A stretch of DNA of 64,000 nt. Origin: an uncultured Gammaproteobacteria bacterium. GTDB lineage: Bacteria > Pseudomonadota > Gammaproteobacteria > Steroidobacterales > Rariloculaceae. Numbering within the stretch: position 1 is the first letter of the stretch; the number at the start of each line of letters is the position of its first letter. Below, piece by piece: positions 1 to 12,521 of this stretch. The DNA is taken from NCBI GenBank assembly GCA_964465375.1, contig CAYXIJ010000014.1, positions 735 through 64,734 on the forward strand, read 5' to 3'. The notes under the pieces were generated by a model. That model was not told the origin of the DNA and made no database searches. It worked only from the letters and a program-made list of their open reading frames with translations. The translations under genes and the position numbers were made by a program.

Positions 1-1
1 A

Positions 2-451
2 CATGGTGTAGAAAATAAATTTGGAGAAATATTGGTCCCAACTGAAGAAGTTGTTGAAATGAAAGAAGGGCAGAGACGCAAAAGTGAAAGGAAATTTTTT
101 CCTGGTTATGTATTGGTCCAAATGGAAATGGAGGAAGAGACTTGGCACTTAGTAAAGAAGGTCCCAAAAGTTTTAGGTTTTATTGGCGGAACAACGGAGC
201 GGCCGGCACCTATATCAGACAAAGAAGCTGAAATGATTGTTAATCGGGTGCAGGAAGGGGTTGATAAGCCTCGTCCTAAGATATTGTTTGAGCCGGGGGA
301 GGTTATCAGAGTAAGAGATGGACCTTTCAATGATTTTAATGGTGTTGTTGAGCACGTTAATTACGAAAAGAGTAAGGTAAGGGTGGCCGTGCAGATTCTC
401 GGCCGATCGACGCCAGTTGAGCTCGATTTTGGCCAAGTGGAGAAGGCATGA
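2..451 (+). CDS. nusG: Transcription termination/antitermination factor NusG (5'-truncated by window edge)
   Basis: Frame open from base 2 ([19 protein letters not shown]); motifs FFPGYVLV and KOW domain [11 protein letters not shown]...[10 protein letters not shown]. Confidence 0.97.
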   Translation, partial: HGVENKFGEILVPTEEVVEMKEGQRRKSERKFFPGYVLVQMEMEEETWHLVKKVPKVLGFIGGTTERPAPISDKEAEMIVNRVQEGVDKPRPKILFEPGEVIRVRDGPFNDFNGVVEHVNYEKSKVRVAVQILGRSTPVELDFGQVEKA

Positions 452-462
452 GATAGCAGGAT

Positions 463-894
463 ATGGCAAGAAAGGTAGATACATATATAAAATTACAGAT
501 TCCGGCTGGACAGGCGAATCCCAGTCCTCCGGTTGGTCCAGCTTTGGGTCAGCATGGCGTCAATATCATGGAATTTTGTAAAGCGTTTAATGCGGAGACA
601 CAGAGTATGGAGCAAGGAATGCCTATACCCGTCGTACTTTCTGTGTATAGCGATCGTAGTTTTACATTCATTACAAAAACCCCACCAGCTGCGGAATTGC
701 TGAAAAAGGCAGCAGGAATAACTAAGGGCAGTGGGACGCCAAATAGTGAAAAAGTTGGGCGAGTCACTCGAGCCCAACTTGAGGATATCGTAAAACTCAA
801 AGAACCGGATCTTAACGCTGCTAATATGGATTCAGCAGTAAGAATTATTGCGGGAAGTGCCCGCAGTATGGGCCTTGAAGTGGAGGGCCTTTAA
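463..894 (+). CDS. rplK: 50S ribosomal protein L11
   Basis: [27 protein letters not shown]; follows nusG. Confidence 0.98.
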   Translation: MARKVDTYIKLQIPAGQANPSPPVGPALGQHGVNIMEFCKAFNAETQSMEQGMPIPVVLSVYSDRSFTFITKTPPAAELLKKAAGITKGSGTPNSEKVGRVTRAQLEDIVKLKEPDLNAANMDSAVRIIAGSARSMGLEVEGL

Positions 895-1590
895 ATGGGC
901 AAATTGAGCAAGGCAAAAAAAGCGCAACTGGAGCGCTTGAATCAAGGTAAGGTGTACTCAGCCGACGAAGCGCTTGGGCTTGTTAAGGAGCTTGCAAATG
1001 CTAAATTTGGCGAGTCCGTAGATGTATCAGTGAATTTGGGCGTTGACTCAAGAAAATCTGAACAAATGGTCCGTGGATCAACAATACTTCCGAACGGTAC
1101 CGGCAAGCAAGTTCGAGTAGCGGTGTTCACGCAAGGCGATGCCGCTGATGCCGCAAAACAGGCTGGTGCTGATATCGTTGGATTGGAAGATCTTGCAGAA
1201 AGTATTCAAGCTGGCAATTTAGATTTTGACGTAGTTATCGCTAGTCCGGACGCAATGCGTGTTGTGGGTAAATTGGGTAAGGTGCTGGGTCCCCGAGGAC
1301 TCATGCCCAACCCCAAGGTAGGAACCGTTACAGCAGATGTAGCAGCGGCCGTGGTTAGCGCTAAAACAGGCCAGGTTCGTTATCGTGCGGACAAAGCGGG
1401 TATCGTGCATTGCCCCATAGGGAACGTGAACTTAGATGTGAAAGCCTTAACTGAGAATCTTGCGACCTTGTTAGCTGACCTAAATAAGTCTAAGCCTGCA
1501 AGTTCCAAAGGTGTTTATATGAAGAAGGTGAGCGTTTCATCAACCATGGGACCTGGTTTGGTGATTGACCAGGCTACTGTGAATTCTTAA
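895..1590 (+). CDS. rplA: 50S ribosomal protein L1
   Basis: [23 protein letters not shown]; abuts rplK stop (TAA-ATG). Confidence 0.98.
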   Translation: MGKLSKAKKAQLERLNQGKVYSADEALGLVKELANAKFGESVDVSVNLGVDSRKSEQMVRGSTILPNGTGKQVRVAVFTQGDAADAAKQAGADIVGLEDLAESIQAGNLDFDVVIASPDAMRVVGKLGKVLGPRGLMPNPKVGTVTADVAAAVVSAKTGQVRYRADKAGIVHCPIGNVNLDVKALTENLATLLADLNKSKPASSKGVYMKKVSVSSTMGPGLVIDQATVNS

Positions 1591-1665
1591 GGTAATAGTG
1601 TATCGAAGATATTAAATTTTTATTCTATCCATGCGTGGATAGTAGAGGCCGGCACAGCCGGCATC

Positions 1666-1740
1666 ATCGAAGATCGTAGGTCCCCTGTAGGTGAAAACCA
1701 GGGATAATGGCACCGGTGGCCACCTACGCAGATGGTGATA
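1666..1740 (+). promoter_or_regulatory. L10 leader (rplJ autoregulatory RNA)
   Basis: GAAGATCGTAGG...GATAAT...CCTACGCAGATGG resembles the L10-leader core (AAGACCGCAGG...TAA...CCTGCGTAGACGG) in its expected place upstream of rplJ; boundaries approximate. Confidence 0.75.
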
Positions 1741-1862
1741 TCCGCCTTAGTTTGTCTTGGTGGAGGTTATACCATCTGATTTTGAGTGGCAGAGGTATAG
1801 ATGATTCGTAGTTTTTTTAGCGATGGCTTGAGAAGCTTCGTTTTTGTCTTCTAGGAGACAAC

Positions 1863-2378
1863 ATGGCATTAAATATTGAGGCGAAAAAGGCCTTAGTTGC
1901 CGAGGTTAATGCAATCGCGTTGACTGCTCATTCGGTAGTTGCTGCAGAATACCGTGGTTTAACGGTGACTGAAATGACAGCATTGCGTAGCGAGGCTCGG
2001 AACTCTGGGGTCTACCTCAAAGTGATAAAAAATACGTTGGCGCGCAGGGCTGTTGAGGGAACAGAATTTGAGTGTTTGCGGGATAGTCTTTCCGGTCCTG
2101 TGTTACTTGCATTTTCCCAGCAGGACCCAGGGTCGGCAGCAAAAGTCATCAAAGGATTTTCAAAGGAGCATGACAAGCTTAAAGCGGTTTCAGTATCTAT
2201 AGGTGGGGAGCTCTTTGGTGCTGGAGATCTAGACCGTTTAGCATCGCTTCCTAGCTTGGATGAGGCACGCTCTCAGTTACTCAGTGTCCTTGAGGCTCCT
2301 TTGTCGCAGCTTCTACGGACACTAGATGAGCCTCCGACAATGTTGGCGCGTTTATTGCAGGGTCGGGGGGATCAGTAG
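1863..2378 (+). CDS. rplJ: 50S ribosomal protein L10
   Basis: MALNIEAKK..., AEYRGLTV, KNTLARRA; SD AGGAG upstream. Confidence 0.97.
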   Translation: MALNIEAKKALVAEVNAIALTAHSVVAAEYRGLTVTEMTALRSEARNSGVYLKVIKNTLARRAVEGTEFECLRDSLSGPVLLAFSQQDPGSAAKVIKGFSKEHDKLKAVSVSIGGELFGAGDLDRLASLPSLDEARSQLLSVLEAPLSQLLRTLDEPPTMLARLLQGRGDQ

Positions 2379-2444
2379 CCCGTAGAATTGATTTTTTAAA
2401 AATAATTATGTACTCACAGAGGATGTTGTAAGGAGAACTAAAAT

Positions 2445-2828
2445 ATGGCTTTGTCAAATGAAAAACTCATTGAAGAGTTGAGCAATAAGCCGGTGATGGA
2501 GATCGTCGATTTAGTAAAGGCACTCGAGGAAAAATGGGGTGTTTCCGCTGCGGCGCCAGTGGCCGTTGCCGCTGCATCGGGAGATGGTGCGGCAGATTCT
2601 GGGGCGGCTGAGGAAAAGACCGAATTTGACGTTGTTTTGACCGGCTTTGGCGAAAATAAAGTACCGGTTATAAAAGTTGTGAGATCACTCACTGGCCTTG
2701 GTCTTAAGGAGGCCAAGGACCTTGTTGAAGGGGTGCCCAATGTAGTGAAGGAAGCAACTTCGAAGGAAGATTCAGAAGATACGAAAAAACAGTTAGAAGA
2801 AGTGGGCGCCAGCGTCGAAATTAAGTGA
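2445..2828 (+). CDS. rplL: 50S ribosomal protein L7/L12
   Basis: [33 protein letters not shown]. Confidence 0.98.
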   Translation: MALSNEKLIEELSNKPVMEIVDLVKALEEKWGVSAAAPVAVAAASGDGAADSGAAEEKTEFDVVLTGFGENKVPVIKVVRSLTGLGLKEAKDLVEGVPNVVKEATSKEDSEDTKKQLEEVGASVEIK

Positions 2829-2991
2829 GGCGAGGTGGCAGAATTTTCCAAGTGGCAGTCGGCCCTATTGTAAGGTTAGGCGGTATTTCTTTGTATGGCG
2901 ATTTAACCGTCTGTTTGGCAGTTAATCTATTTCAATGCATCACCAACGTGAAGTCACGTTGGGCAGAATGCTACAGTTGAGGTAACTCACG

Positions 2992-5900
2992 ATGGCTTAT
3001 TCTTTTACTGAGAAGAAGCGGATTAGGAAAAATTTTGGGAAGCTCCCAAGCGCTTTAGATGTTCCGTATTTGCTATCTATTCAGTTAAATTCCTACCAAA
3101 AATTTCTACAGCAGAAAGAAAAACCGGAGGAGCGGAAGAGTAGAGGGTTGCAAGCAGCCTTCCGCAGCGTTTTTCCAATTGTTAGTCACACTGGTTATGC
3201 AGCGTTGGAATACGTTGATTATGATCTTGGGGAACCAATTTTTGATGTAAAGGAGTGTCAACTGAGGGGCATGACTTATGCGGCCCCTTTGCGTGTAAAG
3301 GTTCGTTTAGTGATCTACGACAAAGAGGCATCCGGTAGTAAGAAAAGAGTCAAGGATATACGTGAGCAACCAGTTTATCTCGGTGAAATGCCTCTGATGA
3401 CTGATCACGGAACGTTCGTGGTTAATGGAACAGAAAGAGTTATTGTTTCGCAGCTGCATCGTTCGCCAGGTGTATTTTTTGATCATGACAAAGGCAAAAC
3501 TCATTCCTCAGGGAAGCTGTTGTTTTCGGCGCGAGTAATTCCCTATAGAGGGTCTTGGCTTGATTTTGAGTTTGATCCAAAAGATTGCATGTTCGTTCGA
3601 ATTGATCGCCGAAGGAAACTGCCAGTCAGCATTATTTTAAAAGCGCTAGATCTCGCAAATGCTGAGATACTTGATATCTTTTTTGAAAAAAATGAATTTC
3701 TATTGTCACCAAAAGACATTCAATTGAAGTTGGTTCCCGAAAGACTTCGCGGAGAAATCGCCGCTTTTGACATAAAAGTGGGACGTAAGGTAATCGTCGA
3801 GAAAGATCGGCGAATAACAGTTCGACATGTTCGGGAACTCGAAAAAGCTAAAGTAGACGAGTTGTCTGTTCCTTTAGAGTATTTGCTTGGCAAGGTGTTG
3901 GCTCACGATGTGATCGATGAAGAAACTGGGGAGTTGCTTGCAACAGCGAATGATGAACTGACTTCAGAGATTATTGAAAGTTTTCTGGAAAAAGGCATTG
4001 ACAGGATCGATACGATATTTGTCAATGATCTTGACCGTGGTCCCTTTGTGTCTAATACGCTAAAAATTGATTCGACAAAAACACGGCTTGATGCCCTAGT
4101 AGAAATTTATCGCATGATGCGACCTGGCGAGCCTCCGACTAAAGACGCTGCCGAGAACCTATTTCAGAATTTGTTTTTTAATCCGGAGCGCTACGATCTA
4201 TCTAGCGTGGGGCGGATGAAATTCAATCGGAGGGTGGGTCGTTCAAATTCAGAAGGTGATGGCGTACTCAGTAAAGAGGACATTATTGATGTCTTAAAAA
4301 CACTCATTGAGATTCGTAATGGAAACGGCACTGTTGACGACATTGACCATCTTGGTAATCGTCGTGTGCGCAGCGTTGGAGAAATGGCTGAAAATGCCTT
4401 CAGAATTGGCTTGGTAAGGGTAGAGCGTGCTGTGAAGGAAAGATTGACACTAGCTGAGTCTGAAGGGTTGATGCCCCAAGAGATGATCAATGCGAAACCT
4501 GTGGCCGCTGCAGTCAGAGAATTTTTTGGGTCTAGTCAGCTCTCACAGTTTATGGATCAAAACAATCCTCTTTCAGAAGTGACACACAAAAGACGCGTTT
4601 CAGCTTTGGGTCCTGGGGGGCTTACCCGAGAGCGTGCTGGTTTTGAGGTGAGAGATGTGCACCCAACGCATTATGGTCGCGTGTGTCCAATTGAGACGCC
4701 TGAAGGGCCCAATATTGGACTGATAAATTCTTTAGCTGTTTACGCACGTACCAACGAATATGGTTTCTTAGAAACTCCTTACCGCAAGGTTATGGACGGC
4801 AAGGTTAGTAAGACAATAGTTTACTTATCAGCGATCGAAGAGGGCCAATATGTTGTAGCACAGGCGAATGCTGTATTAGATGCGAAGCAAAAATTTGTAG
4901 ACGATCTAGTATCTTGCCGTTATCAGAATGAGTTCGCATTAATGCCAATTGAACGCATCGAGTATATGGACGTTTCACCTAAGCAAATAGTTTCTGTTGC
5001 GGCTTCTTTAATTCCGTTCCTCGAGCATGACGATGCGAACCGAGCACTGATGGGTTCCAATATGCAGCGTCAGGCCGTACCGACTTTGCGCACCCAGACA
5101 CCTTTGGTTGGCACGGGTATGGAACGTGCAGTTGCAGTTGATTCTGGCGTGACAGTTATTGGTCGACGAAGCGGTGTCGTAGATTCGGTGGATGCCTCTC
5201 GGATTGTTGTGAAGGTAAATGACGACGAAACCAAAGCTGACGAAGCGGGTGTAGATATATACAACCTCACCAAATACACACGATCTAATCAAAATACATG
5301 CATTAATCAGCGGCCACTTGTGAAGGCGGGAGACAGTATCGATAAAGGAGATGTTTTGGCTGATGGTCCGTCAACAAGTCTAGGTGAGTTGGCGCTTGGC
5401 CAGAATTTGCTTGTCGCCTTAATGCCTTGGAATGGCTACAATTTTGAGGATTCTATTTTGATCTCCGAGAGAGTTGTGGAAGAGGAGCGTTTCACGACTA
5501 TTCATATCGAGGAGCTTACCTGCGTGGCACGTGACACCAAATTAGGCGCAGAGGAAGTCACAGGTGACATACCTAACGTTGGTGAGAATGCGCTGGCTAA
5601 ATTAGATGAATCTGGTATTGCTTTTATTGGTGCTGAGGTTCAGGCAGGGGATATTTTGGTTGGTAAGGTTACTCCCAAGGGTGAGACACAACTTACACCG
5701 GAAGAGAAGCTACTTCGAGCAATTTTTGGAGAGAAAGCGTCTGATGTGAAAGATAGCTCTCTCAGAGTGCCTCCAGGCATGGATGGCACGGTGATTGACG
5801 TGCGTGTATTTACTCGTGATGGTGTTGAAAAAGACTTACGAGCAGTGGACATAGAACATCAGGAGCTCGAAGTTGTACGTAAAGATCTAAACGATTTAAA

Positions 5901-7098
5901 GCGAATCCTTGAGGAAGATATTTACCAGCGTGTCGAGAGGCTGTTGTCAGGCAAAGTGGCATCTGGTGGACCCCAAGGACTGAAGTCTGGGTCCCGGATT
6001 ACCAAGAGCTACCTTAGTGAGGTTGATCGTGAGAAATGGTTTGAGATTCGGGTGCGCAATGAATCAGTAAATTCACAGCTTGAACAGGTGGCTGAGCGCC
6101 TCAGGAGCCAAAATGAGGAGTTTGAGCGGCGTTTTGAAGAAAAAAAATCAAAAATTACCGCTGGAGACGATTTGGCTCCAGGGGTTTTGAAAATGGTTAA
6201 GGTTCATTTAGCGGTGAAGCGAAGCATTCAACCGGGTGACAAGATGGCTGGACGACACGGAAACAAGGGTGTTATCTCAACCATTGTTCCTGTGGAGGAC
6301 ATGCCCTATATGGAAGATGGAACACCGATAGATATTGTTTTAAATCCCCTCGGTGTACCTTCTAGAATGAATGTAGGCCAAGTCTTAGAGGCCCATTTAG
6401 GTTGGGCCTCTAAGGGACTAGGGATACAGATCGGAAGCATGCTGGAAAAACAAGATTCTACATCGACTATAAGAAAATTCTTAGATCAAATTTACAACAA
6501 GACTGGTGGACAGAAAGAGGATGTCAAAAGTCTTACCGAAGACGAATTACTGGAGCTTGCAGAAAACTTGCGTGATGGGGTTCCTATAGCTACACCTGTC
6601 TTTGATGGGGCTCACGAGAGCGAGGTCAAACACCTTTTAGAGATAGCCGGCTTGCCAGAGTCGGGACAGGCAAAACTGTTCGATGGCCGCACTGGGGAGC
6701 CCTTTCATCGTCCTATCACCGTTGGTTACATGTACATGCTGAAGCTAAACCATTTAGTTGATGACAAAATGCATGCGCGTTCCACCGGTCCTTATAGTCT
6801 GGTTACCCAGCAACCCCTTGGTGGTAAAGCTCAGTTTGGTGGTCAGAGGTTTGGGGAGATGGAGGTGTGGGCACTAGAGGCTTATGGTGCTTCGTACACT
6901 CTTCAGGAGATGCTGACGGTCAAGTCAGACGATGTGCAAGGACGAACAAAAATGTACAAAAACATTGTCGACGGAACCCATGAAATGCAGGCCGGGATGC
7001 CGGAATCTTTTAACGTGCTGGTAAAAGAAATTAGGTCACTCGGAATTAACATCGATTTAGAAGAGTCTTTTGAGCATGAACCTAATGCATACGATTGA
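2992..7098 (+). CDS. rpoB: RNA polymerase beta subunit
   Basis: [55 protein letters not shown]. Confidence 0.99.
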   Translation: MAYSFTEKKRIRKNFGKLPSALDVPYLLSIQLNSYQKFLQQKEKPEERKSRGLQAAFRSVFPIVSHTGYAALEYVDYDLGEPIFDVKECQLRGMTYAAPLRVKVRLVIYDKEASGSKKRVKDIREQPVYLGEMPLMTDHGTFVVNGTERVIVSQLHRSPGVFFDHDKGKTHSSGKLLFSARVIPYRGSWLDFEFDPKDCMFVRIDRRRKLPVSIILKALDLANAEILDIFFEKNEFLLSPKDIQLKLVPERLRGEIAAFDIKVGRKVIVEKDRRITVRHVRELEKAKVDELSVPLEYLLGKVLAHDVIDEETGELLATANDELTSEIIESFLEKGIDRIDTIFVNDLDRGPFVSNTLKIDSTKTRLDALVEIYRMMRPGEPPTKDAAENLFQNLFFNPERYDLSSVGRMKFNRRVGRSNSEGDGVLSKEDIIDVLKTLIEIRNGNGTVDDIDHLGNRRVRSVGEMAENAFRIGLVRVERAVKERLTLAESEGLMPQEMINAKPVAAAVREFFGSSQLSQFMDQNNPLSEVTHKRRVSALGPGGLTRERAGFEVRDVHPTHYGRVCPIETPEGPNIGLINSLAVYARTNEYGFLETPYRKVMDGKVSKTIVYLSAIEEGQYVVAQANAVLDAKQKFVDDLVSCRYQNEFALMPIERIEYMDVSPKQIVSVAASLIPFLEHDDANRALMGSNMQRQAVPTLRTQTPLVGTGMERAVAVDSGVTVIGRRSGVVDSVDASRIVVKVNDDETKADEAGVDIYNLTKYTRSNQNTCINQRPLVKAGDSIDKGDVLADGPSTSLGELALGQNLLVALMPWNGYNFEDSILISERVVEEERFTTIHIEELTCVARDTKLGAEEVTGDIPNVGENALAKLDESGIAFIGAEVQAGDILVGKVTPKGETQLTPEEKLLRAIFGEKASDVKDSSLRVPPGMDGTVIDVRVFTRDGVEKDLRAVDIEHQELEVVRKDLNDLKRILEEDIYQRVERLLSGKVASGGPQGLKSGSRITKSYLSEVDREKWFEIRVRNESVNSQLEQVAERLRSQNEEFERRFEEKKSKITAGDDLAPGVLKMVKVHLAVKRSIQPGDKMAGRHGNKGVISTIVPVEDMPYMEDGTPIDIVLNPLGVPSRMNVGQVLEAHLGWASKGLGIQIGSMLEKQDSTSTIRKFLDQIYNKTGGQKEDVKSLTEDELLELAENLRDGVPIATPVFDGAHESEVKHLLEIAGLPESGQAKLFDGRTGEPFHRPITVGYMYMLKLNHLVDDKMHARSTGPYSLVTQQPLGGKAQFGGQRFGEMEVWALEAYGASYTLQEMLTVKSDDVQGRTKMYKNIVDGTHEMQAGMPESFNVLVKEIRSLGINIDLEESFEHEPNAYD

Positions 7099-7128
7099 TA
7101 TACATAACTTCATAGTAGGTGATACCAG

Positions 7129-10100
7129 ATGAAAGATCTGTTGACGCTTTTTAAGCAGCAAAGTGTATCTGAAGATTTTGACGCTATTAGAATTGGTCTT
7201 GCATCCCCAGATATAATCAGGTCGTGGTCTTTTGGTGAGGTGAAGAAGCCCGAGACCATCAACTATCGAACTTTTAAGCCAGAACGGCATGGGCTTTTCT
7301 GCGCGAAAATTTTTGGACCCATTAAAGATTACGAGTGTTTGTGTGGAAAGTATAAACGCCTTAAACACAGGGGCGTAGTGTGTGAGAAATGTGGTGTTGA
7401 AGTCACGCTGACAAAAGTGCGTCGAGAGCGAATGGGCCACATAGAACTTGCCAGTCCGGTGGCACATATTTGGTTTCTTAAGTCCTTACCGTCTCGCATT
7501 GGACTGATGCTTGATATGACTTTACGGGATATTGAGAGGATTTTATATTTTGAAGCCTTTGTAGTGGTAGAGCCTGGAATGACCCTTCTGGAAAGAGGGG
7601 AACTTCTGACCGATGAGCAGTATTTAGAGAATATTGGTGAGTATGGCGATGAATTTGATGCTCGTATGGGCGCGGAGGCTGTGAGGGATCTTCTCTCGAC
7701 ATTGGATGTAAGCTCGGAAGTTGCTCAGGTTAGGCAAGATATTGATGCGACCAATTCAGAGACGAAGATAAAGCGCCTATCAAAGCGCCTGAAGCTTCTT
7801 GAGTCTTTTGTCGAATCTAGCAATCGACCGGAGTGGATGGTGATGACAGTGCTTCCTGTGTTGCCGCCAGACCTTAGGCCTCTCGTACCATTAGATGGAG
7901 GCCGTTTTGCAACATCAGACTTGAATGATCTATATCGACGTGTGATCAATCGTAACAATCGATTGCGTAGACTATTAGAACTTAATGCTCCCGACATCAT
8001 TGTGCGTAATGAAAAACGCATGCTTCAGGAATCAGTGGACGCGTTACTCGATAATGGAAGGCGTGGGCGCGCGATTACTGGCACAAATAAGCGACCCTTA
8101 AAATCTCTTGCCGATATGATAAAGGGCAAACAAGGTAGGTTCCGTCAGAATCTTCTTGGAAAGAGAGTTGATTATTCAGGGCGGTCAGTGATTGTTGTTG
8201 GTCCAACGCTAAAACTACATCAATGTGGTTTACCAAAAAAATTGGCCTTGGAGCTTTTTAAGCCTTTCATTTTTTCAAAGTTACAATTGCGTGGAGAAGC
8301 TACAACCATTAAGGCTGCCAAACGACTCGTTGAACGAGAAGGATCTGAGGTTTGGGATATTTTGGAACAGGTTATTAGGGAGCATCCCGTGATGCTCAAT
8401 CGGGCTCCAACCCTGCATCGGTTAGGCATACAGGCTTTTGAGCCTGTTTTGATCGAGGGCAAGGCAATCCAGTTACATCCACTGGTTTGTACGGCATTCA
8501 ATGCTGACTTTGATGGCGATCAGATGGCTGTTCACGTCCCACTTTCCTTGGAGGCTCAGCTTGAAGCTAGGGCTTTGATGATGTCCAGCAACAATATTCT
8601 CTCTCCAGCTAATGGTGATCCAATAATCGTTCCATCACAGGATGTTGTATTAGGACTTTATTACATGACCCGAGAACAGATTAATGTTAAGGGCGAAGGT
8701 TTAAGCTTCTCGGATTTTTCCGAGGTACACCGGGCGTACGAAAGCGGCGCGGTTGCCTTGCACGCAAAGGTCAAGGTTCGTGTGATTGATAAGTCATTAT
8801 CTGAGGATGATGTATCACATCAGGCAAGGACGGTTACTGAAACAACGGTGGGAAGAGCGCTGTTGTCAGAGATATTGCCGAAGGGACTGGGTTTTGAGCT
8901 CATAAACCTGCCCATGAATAAGCGAGCCATTTCTACAGTCATCAATGTTTGCTATCGAACCTTGGGATTAAAGGATACCGTAGTGTTCGCGGATCAGCTT
9001 ATGTACACAGGATTTTTCTATGCTACGCAATCGGGTGTGTCCTTCGGTGTTAATGACATGGTGGTACCAGAGGAGAAAAGAGGGATTCTGGATCTTGCGG
9101 AGGGCGAGGTAAAAGACATCCAGGATCAGTTTGACTCAGGCTTGGTTACAGATGGAGAGCGTTACAACAAGGTCGTCGACATTTGGTCCAGAACGAATGA
9201 TCAGGTCGCGAAGGCGATGATGGCAAAGCTTGGCACTGAGAATATAAAGGATACTGAAGGCAAAAATGTTCAGCAGCAATCTTTCAACTCGATCTTTATG
9301 ATGGCTGATTCTGGGGCTAGGGGCTCTGCTGCCCAAATACGTCAATTGGCAGGAATGCGAGGATTGATGACTAAACCTGATGGATCAATCATTGAAACTC
9401 CTATTACTGCCAATTTTCGTGAGGGACTAGATGTTTTGCAATACTTCATCTCAACTCACGGTGCTCGTAAGGGCCTTGCGGATACTGCCCTTAAGACAGC
9501 AAATTCTGGCTATTTGACACGACGACTAGTTGATGTTGCTCAGGACCTAGTTGTAACAGAAGTAGATTGCGGTACTGAGAATGGACTTCTGATGACATCG
9601 TTAGTTGAGGGCGGAGATATAGTGGAGCCTTTGCGTGAAAGGGTTCTCGGGAGGATCGCGGCGAGTGATGTGGTCATACCTAGCTCCAAAAAGGTCGCGG
9701 TAGAGGCGGGAATGCTTATAGATGAATTAGCCGCACAAAAGATAGAGGACGAATCCGTTGATCAAATCCTAGTGCGTTCTCCCATTACTTGTGCGACGCG
9801 TTACGGAGTTTGTATCCGCTGCTATGGTCGGGATTTGGGTCGGGGTGATCTTGTAAACAAAGGTGAGGCAGTTGGTGTTATTGCCGCTCAGTCTATCGGT
9901 GAGCCAGGTACGCAGCTAACAATGCGTACTTTTCATATTGGCGGAGCGGCTTCCCGTTCTGCAGCCGTCAATAGTGTGGAGGTCAAGATTGATGGAAAAA
10001 TCCGCATGCATAACCTTAATACCATTGAGCACGCTGAGAAAAATTATTTAGTGGCAACCTCACGCTCTGGTGAGATTGCTGTTGCAGACGAGTTTGGTAG

Positions 10101-11442
10101 AGAGCGCGAAAGATACAAAATACCTTACGGCGCAGCTGTTACTGTGAAGAATGGGGCTTCTGTTGAGTCAGGACAGCTCATTGCCACATGGGATCCACAT
10201 ACTCATCCAGTTGTTACGGAAGTGAGTGGGTACCTAGAGTTAGAGGATTTCATTGACGGGGTGACCGTGACTACGCAAGCGGACGAGGTTACCGGTTTGA
10301 CCAGCACTGTGGTGCTTGATGCAGCGCAACGCGGTTCCAGCGGAACCGAGTATCGTCCGACCGCGAAGTTAGTGGACAAGGGGGGCAAGACGCTGCATTT
10401 TCCGAATACAGATATTCCAGCTTTCTACACACTTCCAGCTGGAGCAGTACTGAGCATAGAGGGAGGGGCGAAAGTAGTTGTAGGAGATGTAATTGCACGC
10501 TTACCGACTGCGATTACCAAAACCCGCGATATCACCGGAGGTCTCCCTAGAGTTGCTGATTTGTTTGAAGCACGGCGGCCGAAAGAAGCGGCTATTTTGG
10601 CGAAAGATACTGGGACTGTGAGTTTTGGCAAGGAAACTAAAGGCAAGCGGCGACTTGTAATCACTGACGAGGAAGGTATTAATCACGAGGAGTTAATTCC
10701 AAAGTGGCGACACCTAAATGTGTTTGAGGGCGAAAAGGTGACCAAGGGTGAAACTATCGCGGATGGAGAGTTAAATCCGCATGACATCCTCCGGCTTCAA
10801 GGTGTGGAAAAATTAGCTAATTATCTGGTTAGAGAGATCCAAGATGTTTATCGGCTACAAGGTGTAAAGATTAACGATAAGCATATTGAGGTAATAATCC
10901 GGCAAATGTTGCGCAAGACGGAGATCGTTGATCCAGGAGATACACATTTTCTTCGTGGCGAGCAAGTAGACAAAGTGAGGGTAATTGAGGCAAATGAAGC
11001 TGCTGAAGTTGGTTCGCGGGAGCCAGCTACATATGATCCTGTTTTGCTAGGTATTACTAAGGCATCTCTTGCTACCGAGTCATTTATCTCGGCGGCTTCT
11101 TTCCAAGAAACTACTCGGGTGTTGACAGAAGCTTCTGTGAGGGGATTGCGGGATGGATTGAGAGGGCTTAAGGAAAACGTTATTGTGGGTCGCCTTATTC
11201 CAGGGGGCTCAGGTTTTGCACACCACGAGGAGCGCAGAAGGACACAGGAAGAAATTTTGGCAGATGAGCTTAAGGAGCTTGAGGTAACGCTGGGCCAGGA
11301 AGAAACAGAATCCGTGGTAGTCGGCGAGGAAAATGCTTCAGATTTGACGAAGAAAGAGATGTCTGCAGCCACCTCTGGAGAAGGAAGTACTGATAAGGGG
11401 GAGGAGACACTTCAGGAGGCCCAGGAAACACCGACGATTTAA
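7129..11442 (+). CDS. rpoC: RNA polymerase beta' subunit
   Basis: [12 protein letters not shown] catalytic motif; CLCGKYK...CEKC zinc finger. Confidence 0.99.
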   Translation: MKDLLTLFKQQSVSEDFDAIRIGLASPDIIRSWSFGEVKKPETINYRTFKPERHGLFCAKIFGPIKDYECLCGKYKRLKHRGVVCEKCGVEVTLTKVRRERMGHIELASPVAHIWFLKSLPSRIGLMLDMTLRDIERILYFEAFVVVEPGMTLLERGELLTDEQYLENIGEYGDEFDARMGAEAVRDLLSTLDVSSEVAQVRQDIDATNSETKIKRLSKRLKLLESFVESSNRPEWMVMTVLPVLPPDLRPLVPLDGGRFATSDLNDLYRRVINRNNRLRRLLELNAPDIIVRNEKRMLQESVDALLDNGRRGRAITGTNKRPLKSLADMIKGKQGRFRQNLLGKRVDYSGRSVIVVGPTLKLHQCGLPKKLALELFKPFIFSKLQLRGEATTIKAAKRLVEREGSEVWDILEQVIREHPVMLNRAPTLHRLGIQAFEPVLIEGKAIQLHPLVCTAFNADFDGDQMAVHVPLSLEAQLEARALMMSSNNILSPANGDPIIVPSQDVVLGLYYMTREQINVKGEGLSFSDFSEVHRAYESGAVALHAKVKVRVIDKSLSEDDVSHQARTVTETTVGRALLSEILPKGLGFELINLPMNKRAISTVINVCYRTLGLKDTVVFADQLMYTGFFYATQSGVSFGVNDMVVPEEKRGILDLAEGEVKDIQDQFDSGLVTDGERYNKVVDIWSRTNDQVAKAMMAKLGTENIKDTEGKNVQQQSFNSIFMMADSGARGSAAQIRQLAGMRGLMTKPDGSIIETPITANFREGLDVLQYFISTHGARKGLADTALKTANSGYLTRRLVDVAQDLVVTEVDCGTENGLLMTSLVEGGDIVEPLRERVLGRIAASDVVIPSSKKVAVEAGMLIDELAAQKIEDESVDQILVRSPITCATRYGVCIRCYGRDLGRGDLVNKGEAVGVIAAQSIGEPGTQLTMRTFHIGGAASRSAAVNSVEVKIDGKIRMHNLNTIEHAEKNYLVATSRSGEIAVADEFGRERERYKIPYGAAVTVKNGASVESGQLIATWDPHTHPVVTEVSGYLELEDFIDGVTVTTQADEVTGLTSTVVLDAAQRGSSGTEYRPTAKLVDKGGKTLHFPNTDIPAFYTLPAGAVLSIEGGAKVVVGDVIARLPTAITKTRDITGGLPRVADLFEARRPKEAAILAKDTGTVSFGKETKGKRRLVITDEEGINHEELIPKWRHLNVFEGEKVTKGETIADGELNPHDILRLQGVEKLANYLVREIQDVYRLQGVKINDKHIEVIIRQMLRKTEIVDPGDTHFLRGEQVDKVRVIEANEAAEVGSREPATYDPVLLGITKASLATESFISAASFQETTRVLTEASVRGLRDGLRGLKENVIVGRLIPGGSGFAHHEERRRTQEEILADELKELEVTLGQEETESVVVGEENASDLTKKEMSAATSGEGSTDKGEETLQEAQETPTI

Positions 11443-11480
11443 CAAAGGGGTGCTTTGGTGCAATGATTAGTGGATATTGG

Positions 11481-11509
11481 TTGACACTGTAACTACGAGC
11501 CCCCAAAAT
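11481..11509 (+). promoter_or_regulatory. Putative sigma70 promoter of the str operon
   Basis: TTGACA (11481-86), 17-nt spacer, CAAAAT (11504-09), about 120 nt upstream of rpsL. Confidence 0.65.
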
Positions 11510-11632
11510 TCTCGGTCCAGCGGATTGACTAGTAGTCAATTCTTCAGGCGCTCCGTGCCGGTTGAGGTGGGAGTATGAAATAGAGGCCCGGGTGCCGGCA
11601 AAGGCAACGGGCCCGTGTTATTTGGGCGGAGT

Positions 11633-12007
11633 ATGGCAACTACTAATCAACTAGTTCGAAAGCCTCGTTCTACCAAGAGGGCAAAGAGCAATGTACCGGC
11701 GCTAGGGGCCTCCCCTCAAAAGCGTGGCGTTTGCACGCGGGTGTACACGACGACCCCCAAGAAACCGAATTCTGCCATGCGAAAGGTAGCCCGCGTTAGG
11801 TTAACCAATGGCTTCGAAGTTACTAGCTATATAGGGGGTGAAGGGCACAATCTTCAGGAACACTCAGTAGTTTTGATAAGAGGTGGGAGAGTTAAAGATT
11901 TGCCAGGTGTTCGGTATCATGTTGTTCGTGGTACCTTGGATTGTTCTGGTGTTGGAGATCGACAACAGGGCCGCTCAAAGTATGGCGCCAAGCGCCCCAG
12001 AAGCTAA
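11633..12007 (+). CDS. rpsL: 30S ribosomal protein S12
   Basis: [31 protein letters not shown]; ATG 11633 preferred over GTG 11615. Confidence 0.98.
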   Translation: MATTNQLVRKPRSTKRAKSNVPALGASPQKRGVCTRVYTTTPKKPNSAMRKVARVRLTNGFEVTSYIGGEGHNLQEHSVVLIRGGRVKDLPGVRYHVVRGTLDCSGVGDRQQGRSKYGAKRPRS

Positions 12008-12499
<492 letters not shown>

Positions 12500-12521
12500 T
12501 TGATGCATTTGGGGCACGGAT

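Noticed and set aside
2829-2991. rplL-rpoB spacer hairpins (CCAACGTG/CACGTTGG) as an attenuator or P26-like RNA
   Set aside because: No U-tract and no recognisable consensus; too weak to call by eye
4519-4620. RpoB rifampicin-resistance cluster (S12 streptomycin sites also checked)
   Set aside because: Residues match the usual sensitive consensus
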